DNA of 55,382 bases, counting the filler, from Sphacelaria rigidula (lineage: Eukaryota): assembly GCA_964200075.2 (NCBI GenBank). It is 6 parts of 6 records of this genome, joined end to end, with 100 filler letters (N's around TTAATTAATTAA, not from the genome) between each part and the next. Parts side by side here need not be neighbours in the genome. Positions count along the whole stretch, not along the records: positions 18,496 to 27,642 come from CAXNAA020009181.1; positions 27,743 to 36,889 come from CAXNAA020009182.1; positions 36,990 to 46,136 come from CAXNAA020009183.1; 3 more parts are not named here. The stretch is one strand, 5' to 3'. The translations under genes and the position numbers were made by a program. Positions 25,761-37,453 of the stretch are shown one piece after another; the stretch's first letter is position 1, and each line of letters starts with the position of its first letter. The notes beneath the pieces were generated by a model that had not been told where the DNA came from, did not search any database, and worked only from the letters and a program-made list of their open reading frames with translations.

Positions 25761-27032
25761 ACGTCAGGAACAGTTTCAACAGACGTTCAGCGACGGGTTC
25801 AGTAAACGGGGCTGCTAGTAAGAAAGCAAAGAGCATGTCTCAGTTAACCAGAAGTGACCGGCTCACTTCGTATTGTATACATCATACATCACGGAGTTCA
25901 CCAATCATACTCTCAGATCCGTTAGCCATCAACCAGTCTATGAACGCCTGCTATGCATTTTCTCCACTGTAGTCATGTACCGAATCAAGGTAACAATGTT
26001 GCCCGGAGTCTACAGCACCCTCAAAGCTCGTTTACTACCAACAAGTAGTCAACCTAGAGCTTGAGAAACTCAGACATCATTGTTGCCGAAGTCTACCATC
26101 AATTTTCACCTAGAGTGTGGCACTCCCTACCGCAGTATACAGCCATACGAGCTTGTCCAATTTCCGAACAACTCGCAAGAGATCCAGAACGTTCATCATG
26201 AACACGCAATCACGCTACTTGCACCACTCTGAGTCACGAAGCGATAGCTGACGCCCAATTTTCAAACCCATGCCTCGAACAAGTCTACTGACTCCAAACC
26301 GTGTAGCTGTCTGAAAGCAGAACAGAGGGTTCTTCCCTGTCATGGACTCCAGAGACTTCAAGACTCAAGCAGTTATACGAACAGCAGTCTCAGTTAACCA
26401 GGAGCGACCGTTCTTCACTCCCCTCGCGAAGACAGTATACTACACATTTGATAATCATCCTCCAACCTATTGTCACACGATCCAAACTGATATCCATATG
26501 CTGCCGTACTCCTTATGCTAGAAGTGCTACTGTATTTTTTTCTTTCCAGCACCCCCAAGCTACGTTCTACTAAGCAGTAGAAAACAAGCTTGATCATCAG
26601 TAGTGTATGTAGACTCTAGCCACATTGTGTAGGTGGAGTTGCGGATCTGATTGCCGGACTCTGCGATGGTGACCTCCATGACGTGATGCTTGGTTTTGCT
26701 ACTCTGGTGGAGAGAGGCTATGGTCCTCTTCTCCTGTACTTTGCTAAGGATTGATATGTGAAAGACTGAAGCTGCTGAAGCCCATGTGCACGTGATGGGA
26801 GGAGTTCACATGGGAATCTGATCTTGCAGTGACAGAAGTCAAAAATGAACGTTCATGAGGTCCGCTGATGGCGGTAGATCCACTGAAAAGCAGCTGACAC
26901 TTCAAGATAGGGAAGTCTGCTAGCCTGATCAGTTTGCAACAAACAAGACCAGCTCGAGGCGTCATAACGTCGCGAGGAGTTAGTTGGAGAAGTAGAGTCG
27001 AGGAAGTTCTGAGGCAGTGCTAGGGTGAGCTG

Positions 27033-27642
27033 TGGTATCATCGCTCGTGCGAGAGGTGCGGGGGGTTGACCGACAGCTGGCGAGCCCGTCCGCGTTCCAG
27101 AAAAAGCGGCGCCATTATCGCACTGCCTGGTGGAGCCAGCGAGGGTCGCGTGTTCCACGCTTGGCCAGGTACGGCCAGGACGTATGAGTGAGACAGACCT
27201 GCCTGTAGAAGAGGCGCTGTGGCCATTGTCGTTTGGTGGCCAAGCGCGTCTTGGTGAGGAGAGAGTTGTTGTTCCTGTGAGTTGGAAGCGACTTCGTTTT
27301 TCAAGAAAGGCGGTGTGGAGTTCTGTGCTGCTGATCGAAATGTACGAGGTGCAGGAGTATGTCGCGGTGGATGGCCATGTTGTTCGTGCGCTGCAACAAT
27401 ATGTTGTCATCAATGGTCGCGCTGTCCGTGTAGGATTTCTGGATATGCCCTACTACGGTCGCAAGTTCTCAAGTGAAAAATCTGCTCAGTTTCTGCAGAA
27501 GTATGAGGACTACCCTCGTGAGGTGCACGCAACGAACGAGCGTCAAGCACGCTGGCACGTTGTTGAGGAGCCAGCGGTCTCTGACCTCATGTCCGCACAT
27601 ATCGAGGACTGTCTATGTGGCACATTTCTGGATGGTGCAAAT
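27033..27642 (+). mobile_element. Possible LTR-retrotransposon 5' internal region (PBS-like motif plus gag-like ORF), cut by the linker
   Basis: TGGTATCA (tRNA-iMet PBS-like) at 27033, then an open frame ...SAQFLQKYEDYPREVHATNERQ... No adjacent LTR end found. Confidence 0.3.
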
Positions 27643-28187
27643 NNNNNNNNNNNNNNNNNNNNNNNNNNNNNNNNNNNNNNNNNNNNTTAATTAATTAANN
27701 NNNNNNNNNNNNNNNNNNNNNNNNNNNNNNNNNNNNNNNNNNGTGCATTACCGTGGTGGCTGGTTCCCGTACGGAACGTTCCCGAAGTGACAAATCGTTC
27801 ACGAGAGGAGCCTTGCAAAAAATATGTGAAGAGAGGTGCATAAATGAATATCCTCAGCACCACAATAGCCGGCGAAAAAGATGAAGATTACCTCTACAAA
27901 CCTCTTCTCGCTCCATGAATCAACCAAGAGGTCGATAAAAGGCAGGGATGATGTGGACACTACTGTCGGGTATAAGGGGAAAATGTTTACGGATGTCCGT
28001 CGAAGAAATCATTGTTTTTCACACTCTGCAGGGCAATAGGTGTATGCAGTACAGTTTATGCCAACGTTGTCTTTCGTCATCATCCAGTTTTTTTTTTCAC
28101 TGTTGTTTTCGTTGTCATTCTTGAGTATTGACCGTTTGACTACGGCATCGTTATTGTGGGTAACACATATCAACCTTTTTTCATCAA

Positions 28188-28289
28188 CCCTTGGACGGCG
28201 AAGGTAGTCCATCTAGATCATGCATAATTTTTTCAAGTGAAATTGATGCCGATCCGATAGATATATGACCTACTTTCGCCGTCTAAGGG
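28188..28289. mobile_element. ~102-bp piggyBac-type MITE (family copies at 38445-38550, 47676-47774, 47779-47887; relative at 51492-51609)
   Basis: TCAA|CCCTTGGACGGCGAAGGTAG ... CTACTTTCGCCGTCTAAGGG|TTAA, with a shared internal GTGAAA.TGATGCCGAT. Confidence 0.85.
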
Positions 28290-28437
28290 TTAACATACTC
28301 ATCGCCATTTATCATCACCGACCATCGTTGTTATCAACATTTTTTCTTTCTCCATGTAGCCTTTTTTATTTTATTTTCCGTGTTTTTTGTTTTTTGTTTC
28401 TTGTTTTTTGTTTTTTGTTTTCTGAAATATTTCTCAG

Positions 28438-28665
28438 GAGTACGCGGAATTAGATGATGAGGAAGACGACGAGGAAGATGACGCCGCTGAGATGTCCAGA
28501 AAGGCCGAAGAGGCGGTTGTAGCAGCAGGGAAGTCCAAAGGCGGGCAAAAGCTACCACCAACCCTCACGGAAGGCGACGAGAAGACACCAGACACACCTC
28601 CGGTGCCTCCGGAAAATTCCCGGAAAGCTCCGGGAACTAAGGACAAACCTCCGCCGGTTTCAAAG
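28438..28665 (+). CDS. Isolated 228-nt phase-0 exon encoding an acidic, Pro-rich peptide of unknown gene
   Basis: Long polypyrimidine tract and CTCAG acceptor, AAG|GTACGG donor; EYAELDDEEDDEEDDAAEMSRK...PDTPPVPPENSRKAPGTKDKPPPVSK. Confidence 0.55.
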
Positions 28666-31051
28666 GTACGGCAGATAACGTGCAATTACAAGAGTTTTAT
28701 GTTTTTCGCGTGACACTTTTTGGGGGAGTTTTATTGCTGGCGTTTTTTTTTTCTTCTGATGAAGAAGGTACATCTGTTCACATATACCAGGTGTTCTTCC
28801 CTTTTTCATGTATTTGTTCTCTGTTCTTTCTCTTTTATATTTTTCTGGTTTCTCAAGTACTGCAGTTTTTATCTTGTAATTTTGTTGATTTTTTCATGCT
28901 TGCTCTACTATATCCACCATCTGCTCGTTTTGAAGATATCTGTTTGATGACCAGTCTTTCATAATATGGTACTGCCATGTGTGATGACAACTTCTGAACA
29001 GTCAAGAAATAAAATTTCTCGAGTACCTTTTTTATTCCCTACCCTCCTTCAAAAGGCGTAGTTTTTGCTTATCATGACAAGTTCTGAAAGTTGAGCAAAC
29101 TGAAGAAATGGAGGGGTACAAGACACGCAGTATGCGTAGTGTTCTAAATGATAATCGAGCTAGGGTGAAGGGGAGAGCAAGCGCCCGGTGCAAATATGCG
29201 GAAACAGCTTGTAGCAAATGGGCGTAGCTGTGAGTGCCTACCGGAAGAAGTATAATCGGAAATGCCTTCCGAGGCCAGGAAATGCCCAGCGCAAACGACA
29301 GCAACGCCCCAGATGCATGTCCCGCCCACGGCGACCCTTAGCGTAACCGATGAAACGGTCACCCGGGGTCCGCGTCCCGGAAAAAAAAGTATTCCTTTTT
29401 TCACCCCGAGATGGGAGTTGCATGATTGTGGAAAGCGTGAGGATATGAGGTGACCGGAACAGCAAGCGGTTGATCATGTGGAACTGAGGATCAGGCTCGG
29501 GCTCACTTTCTCCGTTTGATGTAGAAGTCGATCATGACCTACTGTGTTATTGGACTTGGTGTGTAGCGCTCGTCGCTGAGGCTCAATAATTCCTTCGTTT
29601 TTCTCGGGGGGGGGGATCTCAGCCTGATTTTCCCTGCGAGCTCTCGTTTCTTATGAGCGACACGCTACTGTACCCGACGGAAGACAACGGGTGTGCGAAT
29701 GCTGGTCGATACGATGCTCGACGAATTGTCGGGCAGGTACCCGGAAGAGAAATGGGTATGGTGCCTTGGAGTGGCGGACTCGCCCCGAGGAAGGATGTCG
29801 CTGGTTTAGTACAGTACTGATTTTAGTATGCAAATTTCTCCGCACCCGCCCCGGGAGATGACTGTTCGGGTCAACGCCAATGCTAGGGGTCCGGTACGCG
29901 GATTCACGCTACATTTGGTGCGAGGGTACACATGCGTTCGCGACCGTTCGAGTAGACTCGTGATCGGGGTGATCCTGCAATGTTTTCGGCGGGCATCACG
30001 TAGATTTTCTTGATGTTTGTAAAGGTTTATCCAGCTCGATATCCCCGGTAAATTGCACAGTGATTTACAGTTCAAAATATCAGGCAACCGGAGTTCGAGA
30101 TATGTACCTCTAACAACAATAGGACCAGCCTTATTCCCAGGGCGTAAGATACGGCGCACGAACGAACACGTTCTCGCACACAGCAAGGAACGTAAAAGCG
30201 AAGTCTAGTGCAACTGTATACGGGGCCTATTACTGGTGGGCGCACCGACAACCTCTCGCACAGGAGAAGAAACGTGAAACGAATTCTAGTGCGGTTCGGC
30301 GCTGAATGCCGACGTGGTGTCATCGATTCCGTGCGCGGACGTATCCGAAGCAAGTGATTTCTTCGCGCAAGTAATCTATGCTGGAGTACAGACAATGCAT
30401 AACCACATCAAGAACAGATAGTGCACGGCGCTGATTGCCGGTGGGTGGGTGCACCGACAGCTTCTCGCACACAAGGAGGAACGTGAAACGAAGTCTAGTG
30501 CAATACGGCGCTGAATGCTGACGTTGTGTTGTCTTATTCTGGAGTTGGAGGCTTCCGACGCAGATAATTGCCGGTGCAAGGCACACATATGTCGTGTCTA
30601 CCAAAAGTAGAAAACGGGACGCGGACTCTGATTTTGCCCTAAATCGTGGACGGAACAATCTAAAAGTATGACCAAAGTCTGACAACACGTCCACTGAGCC
30701 AGCACATGGTCGCGATCATGTACACAGCTCGTCTGCGAGAACTTTTACGTATCTTTGTATCCTGCACGAGGACAGCTGCTGCCCGGGCACCCAACGCTCT
30801 GGTATTTTTGTATTTTTCATGTTCACTTTTACCTGTCGTTTATACCCGTCCACGCGATTTATACTGGAATGAGTGTATAATAATGCCCGCACCCACCCGC
30901 ACCCGAGCTTCCCATAATGTATACATATTGGAATTGTAATAATAGTATATCTAAAATTTAGCGTCTGTAGAAGGTGAAATTTGGCGCCACGGTTCGAAGA
31001 AGATGTGCTTCTACTCTGAAGCTGAAAGGTTGAAATGCACACGTGAAAGAC

Positions 31052-31270
31052 GTCAGCATGGGTTTGAACCCGTGTCGGCTACTTCCTTTTGCTCGTAGTG
31101 GATGAGTAGAACACCGTTCCTTCACGCCGAGAGTCCTCGGTATGTGAGTGTATTCTGTAGGTGAGATATAACACTATAGACGTGCAATACGTCGGTATGG
31201 GTTCGAACCCTGCGTCGGCTACATTTTTTTTGCTCGTAGTGCGTGAGAACACTGTTTCTTCACACCGGAA
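31052..31270 (+). repeat. Tandem pair of ~130-bp units containing a Pol III B-box-like motif
   Basis: CGTC.G.ATGGGTT(T/C)GAACCC..GTCGGCTAC.T..TTTTGCTCGTAGTG occurs twice (~31061 and ~31190). Confidence 0.65.
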
Positions 31271-31371
31271 GTCGAGTTCGAGTCCTGGGTTGGGTATTTT
31301 TCGAGGGTCGGACAAATAATGATTCGTCTGAAAATTTCTTGATTTTAGTATGATGAGTCGACTCGTAACGA

Positions 31372-31452
31372 ATCAATTCCTAGGCTTTACTTCAGCGTTG
31401 CAACCCAGCTACACGCAGCCCAGACACGTGAAATGGCGCAAAAGTTGCGTGG
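31372..31452 (-). repeat. Interspersed repeat, inverted copy of 54945-55030 (possible second tRNA-SINE family)
   Basis: CCTAGGCTTT..TTCAGCGTTGCAACCCAG.TACACGCAGCCCAGACAC is shared; the 54.9-kb copy is preceded by a GGTTCGAATC B-box. Confidence 0.7.
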
Positions 31453-32089
31453 ATATCCCTTGGGTCAGCGATGAACTTTTTTTCCCCTTTTAGGCAATCA
31501 GGCCAAAGAAATCATGAATTTGGTGATTTTGAGTCGTGATGATTTGTTCTAACCGTGGTATTTTTTTCTCTGCTAGTGGTGCCGTATAAGAAAACAGTTT
31601 TTCTACACCGAGAGTCGATTTCGTTTTCACTGCAGTTTTCGCACTTTCTCTCATCATTCATACCCGCGATCCTATTCCTCGTGGTGTCGCAAATTTTGTT
31701 CCCATCATATAATAGTATCCCTTCCCACTTCCATCAACCAACAACGTCTTCTCTGTAAACAAATACAATAACCTCAAACACACCGGCAGAAGGAATGCTA
31801 CGACATACTCACCGTTTCCTTCTTTTTCAGTCATGCTGCAATCTTTTTCCTATGCATTTTTCCTCATCGTTCCACCCGCAATCGAGTACTCTTTCTCGTC
31901 TTATTTCTTCCGTATACAACATGACGTTGTAACCGAGAATCGTTTCTCACGAGAGCTTGGCAAGGCAAAAATACCGCGACCCTCCCAGAAGACGGGCGGA
32001 ACCGGGGCGCTCTACTGTCTTAGATACCCACTTTTGCTCGTCGTTCATATCCGCAATCCTGGAGGAGTTTACATGTGTTTTTGTTTTGT

Positions 32090-32359
32090 ATCCAAAGAAT
32101 GATGCTACGGTAGGGGTGCACAAATATTTTCTGACGTTAGAATTGTTAGGAGCCCTTGATCTCATGTAAAACACCACTCATGAAAATAGGTAAAAGTACG
32201 CCAGCATTACTGCTCCAATGTGCTGGGGATATCCCGAATGCATTTGCAAGCGGGGATGCCCTGACCCATATTCTTGTGCATCTAGAATCGTTAGGAGCCC
32301 TTGAACAAGACAAAATTTTGCGAAAAAAGTGTACCCCTACCGCAGCATTGCTTTGAGAT
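32090..32359. mobile_element. ~270-bp MITE lying between two ~60-bp direct repeats (31946-32010, 32383-32447)
   Basis: TIRs ATCCAAAGAATGATGCTACGGTAGGGGTGCAC / GTGTACCCCTACCGCAGCATTGCTTTGAGAT; internal direct repeat TAGAAT.GTTAGGAGCCCTTGA. Confidence 0.7.
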
Positions 32360-33203
32360 GAACATTTCGAGAGATGATCTATTCTCATGAGGGCTTGGCA
32401 AGGCAAGAATACCGAGACCGTCGAAAAAGACGGACGGGACCGGGGTGCGGGATGAGTTTGCGAGTTTGCGATCTCAAGGTATCATTCCTCGGGGTGAGTT
32501 CGTGAAGTATTGGTCTATTGCACCTATTGTGGGCCAAGGGTAGATGCAGTAGACCTATACTGTACGCGGTACATTCTTTGTCTAATCTACTGCAACTATT
32601 GACCATATATGCCGACAATAGGTGCAATAGGCCTATACTTTCCGCAGTACATTTCGTGTATGTTGCAACTCTTGACCATATTATTGTCCAGGGTGTGTAC
32701 ATGCCACACATTGGACAATGACAACATTCGGTCAATAGATGCAGTAGACAGAACATGTACTGGATGAAGTATAGACATATTGCAACTATTGACGGCCGAC
32801 AATATTAATAGGTGCAAAAGGTCTATACTTCACCCAGTATACTCTTTGTCAATGGCATCTGTTGGCTACATGTTGTCCAGGGTGTGGTATGTGTATTGAG
32901 CCACCGCACCCCGATGGTTTGAATTAAAATGTTACAACCGACGCCACGGGGGTGGAAAGAACGCGGACCTGATTCCCGCCAGATTTCGTAGGATATTATA
33001 TCCGTCGTTGAAAGATAGTATCATTCAGTGTATTTGCTTGTCATGATCCAATCCGCGAGACCAAAATGCAGAGGTATGTACTGTACCCCGGGGGGAGGGA
33101 AGGGTTGATCCCTTGACACGATGGATTCGCCCCGAGGAAGAGGAAGGGTTCTAAATGCGACTTGAAATGTTTAAATGTATATATCTTCTGTATTTTGAAT
33201 ATG

Positions 33204-33400
33204 ACTTATAGTTATACGTCACAAGTTATCCTTACACGTCACAAGTCAAGCGCCGGGCCAGGCTAGTACTACGGAGGGGGACAACTTGGGAAGCCCTGAT
33301 TTTACTTGGCTCCCCAAGTAGTCCTCCTCCGTGGTACGGGCCTGGCCCCGACGCTTAACTTGCGACGCGTAACGATAACTTGTGACGTGTAACGATAAGT
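33204..33400. mobile_element. ~200-bp palindromic hairpin / MITE
   Basis: ~90-nt arms are near reverse complements around a ~12-nt loop; each arm has two tandem ~21-nt TTA.ACGTCACAAGTTATC units. Confidence 0.8.
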
Positions 33401-34264
33401 GCCCTGGTATTTTCGATGTCTCCACTTCCTTGGGATGGGTCCGTGGTCTGAAGGGATCGACCCATCTCTCTCCCCGGGACACGCCTCACGTTTTGTTATC
33501 GCGAGATTGGATCATGACCATCAGCACTCCCGCACCGCTTCCGCTCTCGTTCAAGAAAACGTAATTTGCTACTCACGTCCTCGCGTACGTATTCAACGAC
33601 GGAAAATCAGATATATTTGTTCGAATTGAAAAAATCCGACAACTCAGATATATATATATATATATACATGTACAAGGATCGGACGGGGCCGTCGTCCTCC
33701 ACGATAGGCGTGGAAAGGAAGTCATTTAATTTGGGAGATGGTACAGGCAATGCCTACTACCAAGAGATTGAGCCAAAGATTGGATATCTGTATCGGTTAT
33801 GAAACTATGTTATATGTGATGAGTAGAAGATGGAAGATCCGGCAAGGGCGTAATATTTGACTTGTTCGTTTGCGCATTTTTTTATTCCCTTTCAAACGGA
33901 ACACTGTGACGCTAAAATAGACGGCCAGGACAGAGGCAATGAAATTTAGCTCCAAAATTCACCGAACCGCGGCAGCTGTTAAATTCACTGAGAAAGAGAC
34001 GAAGAAAAGAAAAAACTGCGACTTCAAAGTTCATCGCACTTCGAGAAATAGAAGCTAAGGAACGAAGAAAGGCCTGAGAAAAAAGCGCCGCGCGGTAAGC
34101 TGCATTCTTTCTTGTTCTTGCTTACGCTTTCACTGATCGGACGCCTACACTATGAGGAAAACTGATGGGGTTACCGCCACAACGTGAGTGTGTTGCATGT
34201 ATACAGCCATATATGGTCTGAAGAAAACTCCAGCCTGAAGGAAACATGGACGCTTTTGTTCCAA

Positions 34265-34990
34265 ACCTGCTTCCTAGCGCATCCCCCCTCACTCTGCAAT
34301 ACGTTAGGCGACGCACGGCCTGCCGCAAACATGTGGCGCCCCTAATTCTCAGAGAATGCAACGCAAACTCGTGGGGTGGTAATCCCACGAAGGTTATAAT
34401 TTGTCGGAGCACCTCGCTCGGTGGCCTGAGACTTGACACTTATACCAACGTGACACAGAAAAGGTATGAAAATGCAGCGGAATTTTCAAGAGCATGCAGC
34501 ACCAAGCCGGTCACGTGGGCCTGCCTGCCCTGCGTTTGATCGGAAGACTGATAACGAAAGTATTTCTCCCGCACGATGACGACGATTGAACGCTCTCCAA
34601 ATATACCAATTGAAGCACACATAATATTCTTCCTCATTGATTTCCTTGGCCCGGTTGTCTTACGGCATGTCGAGGTTGCACGAAGGTTTCGGAAACCCAG
34701 TGTTCATCCATGCCATGGTTTCGAACGTAAGGTAGAAATCTTATTCCTAGCGCATCCCCCCTTACTCTGACTCGCCTGGCGCGCAACATGTAGCGCTTCT
34801 AATTCTTAGAGAATGCAACGCAAACACGTGGGGTGGTAATACCGTCAAGGCTACAGTTTGTCGGAGCGCTTTGGTGGCTTCAGACTTGGACCACACCGTG
34901 CACTTGTTGATATCTACTGATGCAGGTCCATCGTGCACTGGATGGGACGGGCCATTGCGCACTCGTGTAACAACAGCGCCCCTTATCAGC
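34265..34990 (-). pseudogene. Two decayed tyrosine-recombinase C-terminal fragments (DIRS/Ngaro-type; ~34265-34440 and ~34745-34990)
   Basis: VGLPPHEFALHSLRIRGATCL and VWSKSEATKALRQTVALTVLPPHVFALHSLRIRSATC match the HSLRIGGAT (H-x-x-R box II) of YR retrotransposons; both frames are interrupted. Confidence 0.75.
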
Positions 34991-34997
34991 GAAAGAG

Positions 34998-35625
34998 TGT
35001 AGAGTACTTGAAAAATGAGAGCAAAACCCGGATGACCTAAACGGGGTTCAGACAGTTCAACTTTAATGCTGGTTATTTGTAGACAGAGGTGACCATCTCC
35101 AGTGACGATTTCCAAAGGAGTAATCCGATACTCGACGATATCCACAGAAGAAGGGCGGAATGCGGCGGAATTCACAGAGAAGATAGCATTGTACTGTACT
35201 GCGCTGTACTGTACTGATTGTTTTGTGTTGTACGGTGCACTTCTGCGACCCGTGTGATCGATGACCGTTCTCGAAAATTTGAAAAATATTTTCTCGAAAG
35301 CACAGTAGTTCTAGAGCGTAAACAGTCGCATCGTCCGTCTAGAAGGCAGTTCACTGACGTTTCTGGAACGTGCCGTGTAGAGTACTTGAAAAATGAGTTC
35401 AAAACGCGGATGACCTAAACGGGGTTCAGACAGTTAAACTTTAAAGCCGGTTATTTGTAAAAAGAGGCGCGCATCTCCAGTGACGATCTCCAAAGGAGTA
35501 ATCCGATACTCGACGATACCCACAGAAGAAGGGAGGAATGCGGAGGGGGTTCACAGAGGAAAAAATACTGTACTGTACTTCGCTGTACGGTACTGATTGT
35601 ACTGTGTTGTACGGTGCACTTCGGC
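34998..35625. repeat. Direct duplication of ~240 bp (~35000-35240 and ~35377-35620)
   Basis: GTAGAGTACTTGAAAAATGAG...GGATGACCTAAACGGGGTTCAGACAGTT...CCAAAGGAGTAATCCGATACTCGACGATA occurs twice. Confidence 0.9.
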
Positions 35626-36989
35626 TTTGTCCATTTACACTGACAGCACCCAGCGCATGATAGGTCAGTTGTGTTTGTATGGGCGAACTATTTACTTCAA
35701 AAATGAATCCCCACCGCAGCCCAAGGACGTTTTTTGCAGCTGAAGGCAAGAAGGGATGGTGGTGTCGGAGAGTTTCCTGTAGTCTCATCTTTGGTGATAA
35801 CCATAGACAAACGGAACGAATGCAACGGGTGGGAGAAAGAAGACAGCACTGTACTGTGATGTAAGGCATTGCACTTCTGTACTTTACTGTGCGTTTTCGA
35901 TCGACTTTGTCTCGACCTATACAGATCGGCACCCCCAGAGCGGGTCATCTGTGCTGTACTGTCACAGTTTTGACGTGAAAAAAAATAATGAACAGACCGT
36001 ACCGGCGATGCCATGCAGCAGGAACGTGTGCGTGTCATGGATGCAGACGGCCTCCTGCGCTTCTTTTCCCAACCGACCGGGCGGCCCATTCGCTTCTTCG
36101 CCGATCGACTGGGCGGATCATTCCCATCTCATTGGCTTGTGCGATTTTCCGTCAGGAAGATCCATGATACTCTTCGCTGTTTTTTGAGTTCTGGTGTCTC
36201 CAGTGTTCATCGAGTATGCGTGTGAAGAATCAAATTTCCGTTTGGCAAAATCTCGCCGCGCTGACAGCTTGGGTCGAAGTTCGAATCTCGCCATCGTCGA
36301 AGGTGAACGGTGATGGAAAAACATTGCACTATCTCATCATGCTTTCAGAAATGAAAAACGTCGCAGGGTGACGTGGAGCTGAAGGGGTCTGTGAAGTGTA
36401 CTGTTTTCAGAGTCGGGTGAATTCCCCCGCTTCGTTTTTCGAGGTTAGAGGTAATCATGCTTACCCACATATATATATATATATATGTAAATTCCGAAAA
36501 GAGAAAATCCGGTAACTGACGGAGATTCGAACCCTGGATGATGATAGCGCGGAAGGCGTAGTTCGCAAGGCATGCGGAAAAACCTCCGCGCGCAGTTCGA
36601 ATCAGAATATGTCCGATGACCAGAAAATCGGCAACCAACGGCTTGTTCGTGAGCTGTAGTCAGGAAGTGTGTTAGCGGGACGAAGAAAAACATTATCTGA
36701 AAAACTCCCCCTCTCAAATGTCCCATGACTTTGGTCATAGATTTCACTGCCCCCACCCCCTCATGACTGCGGCATGCAAGATCATAGGTGCACCTCCCCC
36801 CCCCCCCCCCCCTTCCTCCCACATGTGGAGGTGACGATTTGGAACGTTCCATTTTTTCCTGTTTTCTTTCGAAAGTTTTTTTTGTGGGGNNNNNNNNNNN
36901 NNNNNNNNNNNNNNNNNNNNNNNNNNNNNNNNNTTAATTAATTAANNNNNNNNNNNNNNNNNNNNNNNNNNNNNNNNNNNNNNNNNNNN

Positions 36990-37055
36990 CCTTGTCCCAT
37001 GGTCATCATCCAGGATCCACTATATACTCAATCGTGACGGCGTGATTTCGCCACA
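36990..37055 (-). mobile_element. LTR 5' end fragment, same family as 21377-21833, truncated by the linker
   Basis: GTCATCATCCA...TATACTCAA.CGTGA.GGCGTGATTTCG.CACA matches 21781-21833. Confidence 0.65.
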
Positions 37056-37453
37056 GGTCCCACAATAGTGCGGCCATATGAGCTTGGCAACCACTACGGT
37101 GTGACACCGAACCGATTGCATTGTAACACACTACAGCACTGTACAACAGGTGTCATGCCTTCGAGAAATTATTAATTCCCGGCATGAACAGGAAATGTTG
37201 CGTACAGTAGGTGATTGCCCAGACATTTGCAGGCTTATTGCAGCATCCAGTGCGTTCCTTGATCCACAACGCGACTACAAGATCATCATCCAACGACCAA
37301 AAATATCCGCAGTCACCCGCCCCAAAAAAATGGAAATACGAAAACTCCCCATTAACTGATTTGTACGTTATACTGAATGCTCCAGTCTACAGTTGTTGGG
37401 CTGAAAATTCGTGTAAATCTGACACATCGGCATAAATATTTTTCATGAGTGAA

